The notes under the pieces were generated by a model. It did no database searches. It worked only from the letters and a program-made list of their open reading frames with translations, and was not told where the DNA came from. From positions 133,424,001 through 133,488,000 of the forward strand of contig OY740783.1 of NCBI GenBank assembly GCA_963514005.1: DNA of 64,000 bases, in the 5' to 3' direction. This document shows, piece after piece, positions 49,101 through 61,640 of this stretch. Source of the stretch: Raja brachyura. Its lineage: Eukaryota. Each line of letters opens with the position of its first letter. The stretch's first letter is position 1. A program made the translations under genes and the position numbers.

Positions 49101-52100
49101 TGTCAATCTGAAGCTGAACATGTAAGTCATGCATACTAGTACAATAGGCCTTTAAGCCATAGAGTGCTCCCAACAACTATAAATAGTTAATACCATGTAA
49201 TTGATGAATTAATACCTCATGCATATTCCATCTGCCACCGCAGCTAGAGATGGTATCAGTAGCTCCCCATCCTAGAGTACTAACATCAGTTTGTAAAATA
49301 AATGAAGGTTTATCAATCAGAATTTTACTGGAGCAGTGCCAAATATTCGCTATCCACCACTGTAACTCTGCAATGGCTTCAGCTGGTAACCGCATGGGTC
49401 TATTGAAGTGACCTACATGTCTTTTGAGTGCCTGCTCCTTTGCACGTTGTAAACTTTGTTAATGTAAAGGCCCAAACTGTGCAGCTGGAAAAGCAGCCAC
49501 TAATTTGCCAATTATACTAGCCACCAGCCGAAATAAAAGGTTGTTGCGCATCAACGAGATTGTTACAAGCTTATATTAGCTCGCATCTCTTGCCCATTGG
49601 CAGAGTCACAGACATCTGAGTTAAATTAACGGTGAATCCCAAATAATCAATAACTCTAGATGGTATCAATTTGGATTTAACTGGATGGATGAGAAAGCAC
49701 AACCTCTCAAACACGAGTTTGGTAGCTGAAACAGATAATTCAGCTGATTTCTGAGTATGGCCTATGATTAGGACATCATCCAAATAGTCCATTACAATAT
49801 GATTCTGAGTCCGGTGTAGGCCCAACACCGGTTTTAACAATTTTGAAAATAATCTAGAAGCCGAAGTTAACCCATTAGGCAATGCTTTAAACTGCCATAG
49901 TTGCCTCATCCAGCTAAACTTCAAATATCTCCGGTGATTGTAATGAATGGATACTGAATAGTATGCATCTTTAAGATCTATGCATGCCATATAATATCCT
50001 TTGGAAACCAGTTGTTTAGCAGTAAAAAAAGTTTCCATTATGAAACATTTATACTGCACATAGGAGTTAAGTCGGGTTAGATCTAGAATGATTCGACACC
50101 CACCATCCGTCTTTTGTCTAGGAAATATATTAGACACAAATTGGTGAGATTGATGAAATTACGTCTCAATTACCCCTTTTTTAGATAACGTTTCAAATTC
50201 AGCTTACATCCAAAGACTCTTGTTGTGAAAAAAACAATGTCCGGCTTGGTGTATGCTGTGTAGGTGGACGTAAATTGAAAAGGAATTCTATTCAGAACCC
50301 TTGTATACTGTGCAGTATAAACGAATCTGATGTTATGCAACACCAATCATTGAAAAACAATTGTAATCTCCCACCAACTTGTAACTGATCCATATATGAT
50401 ATGTTTTGAAAAGAACCAGATCCACCTACCTCCATGGTTCCCGGTGGAAATTTCTGCCCCCGAATTTTGGAGGGGAAGAATGTTGGAATGCACCAATTGC
50501 GCATGTTTGGCAAGGGCTGGCTTGGTCCTTGGCCTGAACCAGCTTCAGCGAACCGTATGTAGGGGTGCTGCCGATGCAGTGGAATTTTGCTAGTCGGCTG
50601 GGCTTTTATGAGGCCGACCGTTTTTGCCTCGTCGTCCAGCTCTCTGACCCGTTTTGATAGGTCTTCACCGAACAGCAGATTCAGCAGTCGCACATTGCTG
50701 GATTTGCACAGTGCCGCAAACCTGGGGTTCAGAGTAGGACCGATGCCACTCTTTCTGAGACAGTTTATTTCAAAATGTGCATTGCACATTAGCGCCAGAG
50801 CATCCTGCTGCACCTCAGACAGGGGCCCCCCATCCACCGATCTAGCGAAAGCTGCAATGCCTGAAGCGAGCAGCTTCAGTATCTTCTGGAGCCTCATTTC
50901 CTGGGCTCTGATACCTACACCCATGTGACCCCAGATAGTGTGGTTCACAGATGGCACTTTGATCGAGGCACAATTGGCGGGTGTTTCGTATTTTTGGGAA
51001 GTTTCTTCCATTGTGATGCCGTGCAGCTGGTGTGAGGCCATGTAATTTATAGCAATGGCCAGGTCATCATCCAGCGGTTCCCCAGTTCCGGTCGGGATAG
51101 CAAATTTAGATGCCATGCTTGGCACCCCTGGTTCGCGCCCTTCTTCCCTTGAGGTATGCTCACCGGCTATACCCCCGACCTCGGAGTCAGAACAAATCTG
51201 ACCACGAATGCTCTCCTCCTCCAAGAGGGAGACATTATGGAGCCCTTTAACAGGTGCCGCTGCCACGGGCCACGAGGAGACCCGCGGATATAAAGCTCCT
51301 CTTGCTGGAGCATATTGTGATGGAGCATCCTCTCCATCAGAAGATCCATTCTGGACAAACGTCTGAAGACGCTATCCATTGTGGAAGGGGAACCGTCCTG
51401 GCCCAACTCGTCCGAGTCAACGGGCCTTACCGACTTCTTAGTGTTTTTCCGTCCCACCAGAGTAGCCACGGTGCTTTCAATCGGCACCAAGTCGGAAGCC
51501 ACTGGCCGTGCTGCCAGTGACGCTGAAGGCGAGATAGATGACCGCCCGCTACCCGCACTCCCGCGGTCTTCCATAGCTCTCCCGGCGGCCCGCCTCGACC
51601 TCCCCACAGTCATTTTCTCCATGGTTCGAACTTGCTTCCTGCAACAAGACTTACCTGAGGGTTTTTTAAACTTATCGCTGGTGCAGCTACACACCTGCCA
51701 GTCCGTCGTTGTGCCATGCGTCAGACGTAATGACGCGCATGTGGACTGGCGGGCTTCTTCACGGAATCACTCACATGACTCCTAAGTAAAATTAGTTGTG
51801 GCCCCCGTACCGAGCCTTGCGATGCACCATTAGTCATTGCCTCCATTCTGAAAGGGACCCGTTAATCCCTACTCTTTGTTTCCTGTCTGCAAACCAAATT
51901 TCTATCCATGTCAGCACACCACCCCCGATACCATGTGCCCTAATTTTGCCCACTAGTCTCCTATGTGGAACCTAGTTAAATGCCTTCTGAAAGTCCAAGT
52001 ACAGTACATCCACTGGCTCTCCCTTGTCTATTTTCCTAGTTACATCCTCAAAAAATGCCAGAAGATTAGTCAAGCATGATTTCCCCTTCGTAAATCCATG

Positions 52101-53945
52101 CTGACTCAGGCCGATCCTGTTACTGCTATCCAAATGTGCAGTCATTTCATCTTTTATGATTAACTCCAGCATCTTCCCCACCACTGATGTCAGGCTAACT
52201 GGTCTATAATTCCCTGTTTACTCTCTCCCGCCTTTCTTAAAAAGTGGGATAACTTTAGCTACCCTCAATCCACAGGAACTGATCCTCAATTTATAGAACA
52301 TAGCAAAAATTATCACCAATGCATGCACAATTTCTAGAGCAACTTTATTAAGTAACCTGGGATACCGACCATCAGGCCCTGGGGATTTATCAGCCTTCAG
52401 GCCCATCAGTCTACCCAATACCATTTCTGCCTAATGTGGATTTCCTTCAGTTCCTCAGCCACCCCAGATCCTCTGGCCACTAGTACATTAGGAAGATTGT
52501 TCATGTCCTCCTTAGTGAAGACGTATCCAAAGCGCCTGTTCAACTAATCTGCCATTTCCTTGTTCCCCATAATAAATTCACCTTTTTCAGTCTTCAAGGG
52601 TCCAACTTCGCTCTTATTTGTTTTCCTCTTCACATACCTCAACAAACTTTTACTATCCTCCTTTATAGTCTTTGCGAGCTTACCTTCGCACCTCATCATT
52701 TCTCCCCGTATTGCATTTTAGTTATCTTCTGTTGCTCTTTAAACATTACCCAATCCTCTTGCTTCCCGCTCATCTTTGCTATGCTGTACCTCTGCTCTTT
52801 TATTTTTAATCTGACCCTGACTTCCCTGGTAAGCCACGGTCAACCCTTACTTCCCTTGGAATCTTTCTTCATCTTTGGAATGAAGTGATCCTGCACCTTC
52901 TGTATTATTCCCAGAAATACCTACAATTGTTGTTCCACTGTGTCCTCCGCTAGGGTATCTTTCCAGTCAACTTTGGCCAGCTCCTACCTCATGGCCCCAT
53001 TTTCAACTGTAACACAGACACCTCAGATCTACTCTTCTCCCTCTCCAATTGAAGATTAAACCTGACCACATTATGGTCACTACCTCCAAACGGCTCCTTA
53101 ATCTCAAGTTCCCTTATCAAATCCGGTTCATTACACAACACTAAATCCAGAATTGCCTTCACCCTGGTAGGCTCTTAGAAACATAGAAACATAGAAATTA
53201 GGTGCAGGAGAAGGCCAGTCGCCCCTTCGAGCCTGCACCGCCATTCAATATGATCATGGCTGATAATCCAACTCAGTATCCCGTACCTGCCTTCTCTCCA
53301 TACCCTCTGATCCCCTTAGCCACAAGGGCCAAATCTAACTCCCTCTTAAATATAGCCAATGAACTGGCCTCAAATACCCTCTGTGGCAGAGAGTTCCAGA
53401 GACCCACCACTCTCTACAAGCTGCTCTAAGAATCCATCGTGGAGGCACTCCACAAACTCCCTTCATTGATGTCCAGTACCAACCGGATTTTCCCAGTCTA
53501 CTTGCATGTTGAAATCTCCCTTAACAACCGCAGCATTACCTTTACTACATGCCAATTTTAACTCCTGATTGAACTTGCACCCGATATCCGGGCTACTGTT
53601 TGGGGGCCTGTAGATGTCCCATTAGGGTATTTTTCCCTTACAATTCCTTAGTTCTACCCATACTGACTCCACATCTCCTGTTTCAATGATACCCCATGCA
53701 AGGGACTGAATTTCATTCCTCACCAACAGGGCTACCCCACCCCTCTGCCCACCAGCCTGGCTTTTTGATAGGAGGTATACGCAAGAATATTCAGTTCTCA
53801 GCCCTGGCCCTCTTGTCGCCATGCCTCTGTAATTCGCACAACATCATACTTGCCAATTTCTAACTGAGCCTCAAGCTCTTCCACTATATATCTTATACTT
53901 CGCACATTCATATACAACACTTTGACCTCTACATTCCACCTCGCA
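46132..53945 (-). mobile_element. Long CR1 LINE (EN + RT + 3' tail) split by the DIRS element and by a short CR1 3' piece (about 53176-53415)
   Basis: ORFs 53622..53822 (EN), 52218..52424 (KSPGPDG), 51972..52184 (QHGFTKGKSCLTNL) and 46363..46797; (acaatag)n tail. Confidence 0.9.
47056..51792 (-). mobile_element. DIRS1-type tyrosine-recombinase retrotransposon, full-length structure with decayed ORFs
   Basis: Gag-like 50292-51694; RT 49571-50137 (DLKDAY, YLDD); RNase H and methyltransferase-like 48541-49395 (DNTTAVAYVN, YAFPP); recombinase 47565-48424 (HSTRAAS, GWS, FY). ITRs at about 47128-47158 and 51731-51762; internal complementary region about 47280-47390. Confidence 0.93.
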
Positions 53946-54449
53946 CACCGCTCACAATTTGCCCTGACCTTACTCTCTTATCTCTTCTCAAACTTTCCCT
54001 CCCATTAATTCGGGAGTCTTTTGTAAATTTTCCTGTGGTCACTTCCCCTTTAACTCCATCTTTATACTCCCAGTAAACCTCCACTGGATATGTCGGTGGA
54101 CATCTTAATGGGCAACGATGAGAGGAGGGAGCCTTGACATACAGGAAATGAGAGAACTCCAGGTGTAGTGCTAGGCAGACGTCTCCCCGCAGGTCAATGC
54201 AGGGCTCAACACCCATGGACATGGCCATGATGAGCTTTGAAGATCTCACACGGGTGGTGAAGATCAGAGAAGGTCTCATTGAATTTCACCTTTCAGTCAT
54301 TGGCACCACAGTCTCCTCCCCTCTCCTCCCCTCCCCTCCCCTCCCCTACCCTACCCTTCCCACCCTCCCTAGGCACCTCCATTCATTGACTTCAGAAGTC
54401 ATCTCCCCGCAAATCCCCATCACAGTTGGTATCCAGCGTTACGATGCAT

Positions 54450-55245
54450 CACTTGCACACACACATATGCACGGGCGCCTGAACACATGCATAAACATAC
54501 AACATGCACACATACACATGTACAAACTCATAGACAGACACGTGCTATCACACATGTACAAACACGTGCACGCACACAGGCACACACATGCCCACATTCA
54601 CGTACATACACACACATACACACACACAGACCCACACACCCACACACACACATGCTCACACACACACACACACAGACCCACAGACACGCACACAGCCATA
54701 CACACACCCCCATGCCTGCACAACATAGGGTTGCAGATGCACACGTACATTCAAAGATATTTGCACATAGAAATGAGACGCACAATCACTGACATACACA
54801 CAAATGAGACACATACACAGTGACACATACACACTGCCATATATAGACACACACGCAAATGAGATGTGCACACATATAGGATTATGGACAGACACACAAA
54901 TATACACCAGCAAGTGACACACATACATACATACATAAAGACACTCGCATGCACAAGACATACAAATGGACACTCATGCACGTACTCACACATTCATACA
55001 AAAACGTACACAATGACCCAATAACACACACAAACAAAGAGACATTGACGCTTGCATGCATTCACGCACCCTACAGAATCACACACACGTAGATATACAT
55101 GCCCACATGCACACACCCATACACAAACAGACAAACACGCATAGAGATTTACGCGCACGTACTCACACACATGCACTCGCGCAGACACACATGCAGCCAC
55201 AAATGCAGCACCAGACACACACAAATACACACACAAACACACTTT
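54450..55245. repeat. Degenerate (CA)n-rich tract
   Basis: Composition. It explains the HT/CV-rich ORFs. Confidence 0.9.
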
Positions 55246-56068
55246 GTTACCTGCACGTTGTCTGTCGGTGTAGCGCCACATTCTGCACTGTTCATAATTT
55301 TCTCTTTTGCACTTCCTGATATACTCAACGTCTCCACATTTCAACATAAGGCCGGCACAGTAGCGGCAGTACCAATGCCAGAGACCCGGGTCTATCCCGG
55401 TTTTCCTTGAGTGCTCTGGTTTCCTCCCACATTACAAAGACGTGCAAGTTTGTACGTTAATTGACTTCTGTAAATTGCCCCTAATGACTAGGATGCGAAA
55501 CTGGAATCGCATAGAACTGGTGATCGCTGGTTGGCGGGGACTCGGTGGACCAAAGGGCCTGATTCCATGCTGTATCTAAACTAAACTGAATCTAGAATAC
55601 ATTTGGACAGGTACATGGATACGAAAGGTTTAGAGGAATATGGGCTAAAGACGGGCAGGTAGCACTAGTGTAGAGGAGGCATCTTGGTCATCATGGGAAA
55701 GTGCCTGTTTCCACACTGAATGACTATGATATAATTTCAACATAACGGGTGTCAGAGGTTATGGGGAGAAGGCAGGAGAATGGGGTTAGAAGGGTTAATA
55801 GATCAGCCATGATTGAATGGCGGAACAGACTTGATGAACCGAATGGCTTAATTCTACTATTCCTTACGACCTTCTGACCTTAGCATGCAAAACAAAGATT
55901 TTCACTCCATCTCGGTAAACTTAATAATAATGCACCAATCAACCAATTAATACCCTATTAAATCAAAGTGATGGAGAAACTCAGTGGGTCAGGCGGCATC
56001 TGTGAAGGGAATGGACAGTCTGTCAAATCCCTCCACCGATGCTGCCTGAATTGCTGGGTTCCTCCAAT

Positions 56069-56205
56069 AGGGTCTCGACCCGAAACGTCGCCTATCTCCT
56101 TCGCTCCACCAGTCTGAAGAAGGGTCTCGACCCGAAACGTCGCCTATCTCCTTCGCTCCTTAGATGCTGCTGCACCCGCTGAGTTTCTCCAGCTTTTTGT
56201 GTAAT
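56069..56205 (+). ncRNA. Tandem minimal hammerhead-ribozyme-like motifs in a Penelope-type pLTR repeat
   Basis: CUGAAGA (56114-56120), A, stem GGGU-CUCG-ACCC, GAAAC, GUC (56139-56141). A 5'-truncated copy sits directly upstream. Confidence 0.55.
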
Positions 56206-57245
56206 CCTCCAATACTTTGTTTTGCTTGATTATTTTGTTTTTCCAACCAATTGTCTTGGTTGGGATGTATTGGTTATCAAAAGCGCCAGTTACTAGTTTA
56301 GTTTACTGTCAGGTGTATTGGGATTCATCACATAATTTATCACAGTATTTGGGAAAAGCTCCACCCAAGACCGCAAGAAATAGCAGAGAGTTGTGAACAT
56401 AACCCAGCCCTTCACACAAAACAACCTCCCTTCCATTTATCCTGTGTACACTTTATGCAAAGCCAGCAGCATAATCAAGGATGACTCTCACCCCAGTCAC
56501 CCCCTCATCTACCCTCTCCCACAAGGCAAGAAATACAGAAGTGTGAAAATGCACACCTTCAGAATCGGGGACAGTTTCTACCAGCTGTTATCAGGCAACT
56601 GAATGGTCCTCTAACCAGCGGGAATGCGGTTCTGACCTCCCATCCACCTCACTGGAGACCCTTTGAGCTATCTTGAATGGTACTTTATCAGACTTCAATT
56701 TTATATGTTTGCACTAAACGAGCATATTTGCATCCTTTATTCTTTATCTGTGTACTGTGTACAGCTGGATTGTATTTATGTATAACATTTTCTTTGACTG
56801 AACAGCATGCAAACAAATGCTTTTCACTGTACCTCGGTGCATTTAGAGCAAATTACAGAATCCAGTTCACCAACAAACATGTGTCTTTCAAATGTGAGAG
56901 GAAACTGGAGCACCCGGAGAAAACCCACAGGGTCACAGGGATAACGTCCAAACTCTGTACAGACAGCATCAGTAGTCAGTCGAACCCGGCTCACTGGCGC
57001 AGTGAAGCAGCAATTCTACTGCTATTATGTTGAAATGCCGAGAGTTATGGTATACGAGCTGGCGCAAAAAAGAAAATTATAAGAGCGCAGTAGAATGTGC
57101 TGCAGCGACAGAGAAAGTGTAGGTAAAATAAATTGCAAAGGCTGCAACAAGGTGGATTGGGAGAGCGATCCCGGGTCTCTGCCGCTGAGAGGCAGTGGCT
57201 CTACCACTGCCCCACCGTCATTGATACAATTAGAGCCTTGCTCAC

Positions 57246-57626
57246 CTCTCACAGTCAGGCGAATGACCTTTTGTAATAGAGGAGGTCCATCGATGTCCTT
57301 CACATTGCACTGATATAGAGCATTATCCTCCTGCCCCAGTCGCTCCACCATTATTGAGGCATCCCTCCGACTGAGATTCCCGATGAACCTAAACCGATCT
57401 CCTCCTGCCCCATGCCTCATTTCATCGCACCAGGAGTGGAAGGGAGCAGTGAACAGACACTTAATAATGGCATTGAAACCCCGCAGGTCACCTTTGAACC
57501 AGCTCAGTTCGAGCTTGATGGTGTGATCAGTGGCCGTGTAGTTGAACGGACACGGCAAAACAGCCGATCCTCCTTCCACGGCAGACACTTCATCGGCAGT
57601 TGGAAAATGCCAAGTATGGGTGCCTG
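57246..57626 (-). CDS. Gene C V-set Ig domain 1, Siglec-15-like
   Basis: ttctattccag|...WHFPTADEVSAVEGGSAVLPCPF...SWFKG...IKC...C...RFRFIGNLSRRDASIMVERLGQEDNALYQCNVK...LTVR G|gtgagc; 381 nt, open, NAGNAG acceptor. Confidence 0.92.
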
Positions 57627-58144
57627 CTGGAATAGAAAGGGTCGGTAATCAATATCGCGTCGGTAATATCGTGAATAACATTTATTGCAAGAAAAATATC
57701 CAGTAAAGGTTGATCATAGACATTCCAAAAGTCTCCAATGAGGTAGATAATAATTTAGGACTGCTCTCCAGTTGCAGTAGGATGGTTCAGTTGCCTGATA
57801 ACAGTCGGGGAAAAAACTGTCCCTGAACCTGGAGGTGTGCGTTTTCACACTTTCACCCTTTTGAACCCGAGTCTGTGGCGTTATGAGTCAGCAACTCTAT
57901 CGCCGCGCCACTGTGCCAGCCATAGGGAAAAGACAGAGGACATTTCAGGTCAGGCCATTCTAAATGTTGTCCACCCTACTCAGATGCTGCCTGGCCCCTT
58001 CACTCCCTCCAGCACTGTCATAGTTTTCCCCACACAAGAATCATTGTGAAGCCACTGTGGTTCACAAAGGTTATTAACCAAATACATTTTGGAGTTAACA
58101 TTGCAAATTGTGGGTTTTCGGGAGGAAATAAATTGTGCATGTGT

Positions 58145-58175
<31 letters not shown>

Positions 58176-59069
58176 GGGGTAAGGAAAGAGCTGGAAAACG
58201 TCCATCTTAGTTTTGAAATAACCCTTCAGGAAGAAATTAGGAGATTAAAAGGATGTTCCTTCAGATGCGATGAGGAGGAATTTCTTTAGTCGCAGGGTGG
58301 TGAATATGTGCAAGTTATTGCCACTGACGGCTGTGGAGGCCGTCCATTGATATTTTTAAGGTGGAGACTGCTAGATTCTTGATTCATAAGTGTGTCAGGA
58401 ATTGTGGAGAGAAGGCAGGAGAATGGTGTTGAGAGGGAATAATATATCAGCCGTGATTGAATGGCGGAGTAGACTTGACAGGCCAAACAGCCAAACTCTG
58501 CTCCATGAACTTATGAACTCATGAACTTGGGACAGTGAGCATCACATGCGCCGTTGTCAATGAAACAAGAAATGAGGGTTGGATAGCACATAAACAAAGG
58601 TTTTTCACTGTACCTTGGTACCAGGTACAGGGTACTGATTGTGGATGATCAGCCATGATCACACTGAATGGTGCTGTTGGCTCGAGGGGCCAAATGGCCT
58701 GTCCCTGCACCAATGTTCTATCTTTCTATACAGCTGGAAGCGCTCAGCTGACCAAGCCGTAACCATGGAGAGAAAGGAACGACAGGCACAAATAGCTGGA
58801 GTAATTCAGCGGGCCAAGCAGCATCTCTGGAGAAAAGGAATAGGTGACGTTTCACAGAGTGCTGGAGTAACTCAGCGGGTCAGGCAGCATCTCTGGAGAA
58901 AAGGAATAGGTGACGCTTTGGGTCGCAACGCTTTTTCACGCTGAAAGTTAAGAGGGGGCCAGAACAAAACAGGGCCAGCAACAGATGATCTCAGGAAGGG
59001 TGGAGACCATAACGGCCTCCATAAATTGTCTAGGAATGGTCAAGGTTTCTGGTGGTGACGATCCCATTC

Positions 59070-59983
59070 CCCTCCTTCAATTGGAGAGGGAGAAGAGTAG
59101 ATCGGAGGTGTCAGTGTTGCAGTTGAATAAAGAGGACTATGGGGACATGAGGGAGGAGCTGACCAAAGTTGACTGGAAAGATACACTTGCAGGGATTACA
59201 GTGGGACACAAATGGCAGGTGTTTCTAGGAATAATACAGAGGGTGCAGGATCAGTTCATTCCTAGGAGGAAGAAAGATTCCAAGGGGAGAAAGGGACGAC
59301 CATGGCTGACAAGGGACATCAGAGACAGTATAAAAATTAAAGCAAAGAAGTACAACGTCGCAAAGATGAGCGGTAAGCAAGGGCATTAGGTACTGTTTAA
59401 AGAACAACAGAAGATAACCATAAAGACAATACGGGGAGAAAAGATGAGGTACGAAGGTAAGCTAGCTAAGAATATGAAGCAGGATAGTAAAAGCTTCTTT
59501 AGGTATGCAAAGAGGAAAACAAGAATTAAGAGCAAAGTTGGACCCTTGAAGACCGAAAAATGTGATTTTACTATGGGGAATAAGGGAATGGCAGATGAGT
59601 TGAACAGGTACTTTGGATCTGTCTTCACTAAGAACGACACAAACAATCTTCCTGGTTCAGTAGTGGCCAGAGGATCTTGGGTGACAGAGGAACTGAAGGA
59701 AATCCACATTCGGGAGGAAATGGTGTTGGATAGACTGATGGGACTGAAGGCTGATAAATCCCCAGGGCCTGATGGTCTGCATCCCAGGGTACTTAAGGAA
59801 GTGGTTCTAGAAATCGTGGATGTATTGGTGATAATTTTCCAATGTTCTGCAGACTCATGATCAGTTGCTGTGGATTGGTGGGTAGCTAATGTTATCCCAC
59901 TTTTTAAGAAAGGCGGGAGAGAGAAAACGGAATTATAAACCAGTTAGCCTGACATCGGTGGTGGGAAAGATGCTGGAGTCAAT

Positions 59984-60014
<31 letters not shown>

Positions 60015-61640
60015 TATTTTATTGTCATTAAACATAATTGCAACGAGATTTGGTTTGCAACTTCGAGATTTCGGTTTGCAACCCTCGAGAACAAGGTTTG
60101 TAAAAACGAACATTGGACCAGTAACATCAACACAGAATAAAGTGCGAGGCCGGGAGAGACAGTCCATCGGGGTAGGGGTACTCAGCAGGGCCGGTTCAGA
60201 GCCACTATAGCGCTGGGAATGAAGCTGTTCCTGAGTCTGGTAGTGCGGACGTAGAAGGCCTTGCAGCGTCTGCCTTGTATAACGTCGGCCTTGTATAAAA
60301 GATGAGATAGCTGCACATTTGGATAGCAGTAACACGATCGGTCCAAGTCAGCATGGATTTACGAAGGGGAAATCATGCTTGACTAATCTTCTGGAATTTT
60401 TTGAATATGTAACTAGGAACATGGACAAGGCAGAGACAGTGGATGTAGTGTACGTGGACTTTCAGAAAGCATTTGATAAGGTCCCACATAGGAGATTAGT
60501 GGGCAAAATTAGGGCACATGGTATTGGGGGGAGAGTGCTGACATGGATATAGAAGTCGTTGGCAGACAGGAAACAAAGAGTAGGGATTAACGGGTCCCTT
60601 TCAGAATGGAAGACAGTGACTAGTGGGGTACCGCAACGCTCGGTGCTGGGACCGCAGATATTTACAACATACATCAATGATTTGGATGAAGGGATTCAAA
60701 GTAACATTAGCAAATTTGCAGATGACACAAAGCTGGGTGGCAGTGTGAACTGTGAGGAGGATGCTATGAGAATGCAGGGTGACCTTGACAGGTTAGGGGA
60801 GCGGGCAGATGCATGGCAGATGAGGTTTAATGCGGCTAAATGTGAGGTTATCCACTTTGGTAGCAAAAACAAGGAGGCAGATTACTATCTAAATGGCGTC
60901 AAGTTGGGAAAAGGGGAAGTACAACGGGATCCGGGGGTCCTTGTTGATCAGTCTATGAAAGTAAGCATGCAGGTACTGCAGGCAGTGAAGAAAGCGAATG
61001 GCATGTTGGCATTTATAACAAGCGGGATCGAATATAGGAGCAAAGAGGCCCTTCTGCAGTTGAACAGAGCCCTAGTGAGCTCACACCTGGAGTATCTTGT
61101 GCAGTTTTGGTCCCCTAATTTGAGGAAGGACATTCTTGCTATTGAGGGAGTGCAGCGTAGGTTTACAAGGTTAATTCCCGGGATGGCGGGACTGTCATAT
61201 GCTGAGAGAATGGAGCAGCTGGGATTGTACACTCCGGAGTTTAGAAGGATAAGAGGAGATCTCATTGAAACATATCAGATTGTTAATGGCTCGGACACGC
61301 TAGAGGCAGGAAGCATGTTCCCGATTTTGGGGGAGTCCCAGTTTAAGAATAAGGAGTAAGCCAGTTAGAACGGAGGCGAGGAAACACTTTTTCTCACAGA
61401 GAGCGGTGAGTCTGTGTAATTCTCTGCATCAGAGGCGGTGGAGGCGGGTTCTTTGGATGTTTTCAAGAGAGAGCTAGATAGGGTTCTTAAAAATAGCGGG
61501 GTCAGGGGATATGGGGAGAAGGCAGGAACGGGGTACTGATTGGGGATGATCAGCCATGATCATGTTGAATGGCGGTGCTGGCTCGATGGGCCAAATGGCC
61601 TATTCCTGCACCTGTAGTCTATTGTCTAATGTCTATTGTC
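59070..61640 (+). mobile_element. CR1 LINE ORF2 3' two-thirds, with an antisense LINE-tail insertion at about 59989-60298
   Basis: ORFs 59444..59860, 60319..60552 and 60559..61359 (SGVPQ, KFADDTKL); (tctattg)n tail. The insert begins with (aat)n and is flanked by tataa. Confidence 0.93.

Noticed and set aside
54197-55410. His/Thr- and Cys/Val-rich ORFs
   Set aside because: Products of the CA-rich simple repeat.
15516-57626. V exons as rearranging Ig/TCR/IgNAR segments
   Set aside because: Each exon includes its own G strand and ends at a splice donor. No RSS follows and no J or C1 exons were seen.
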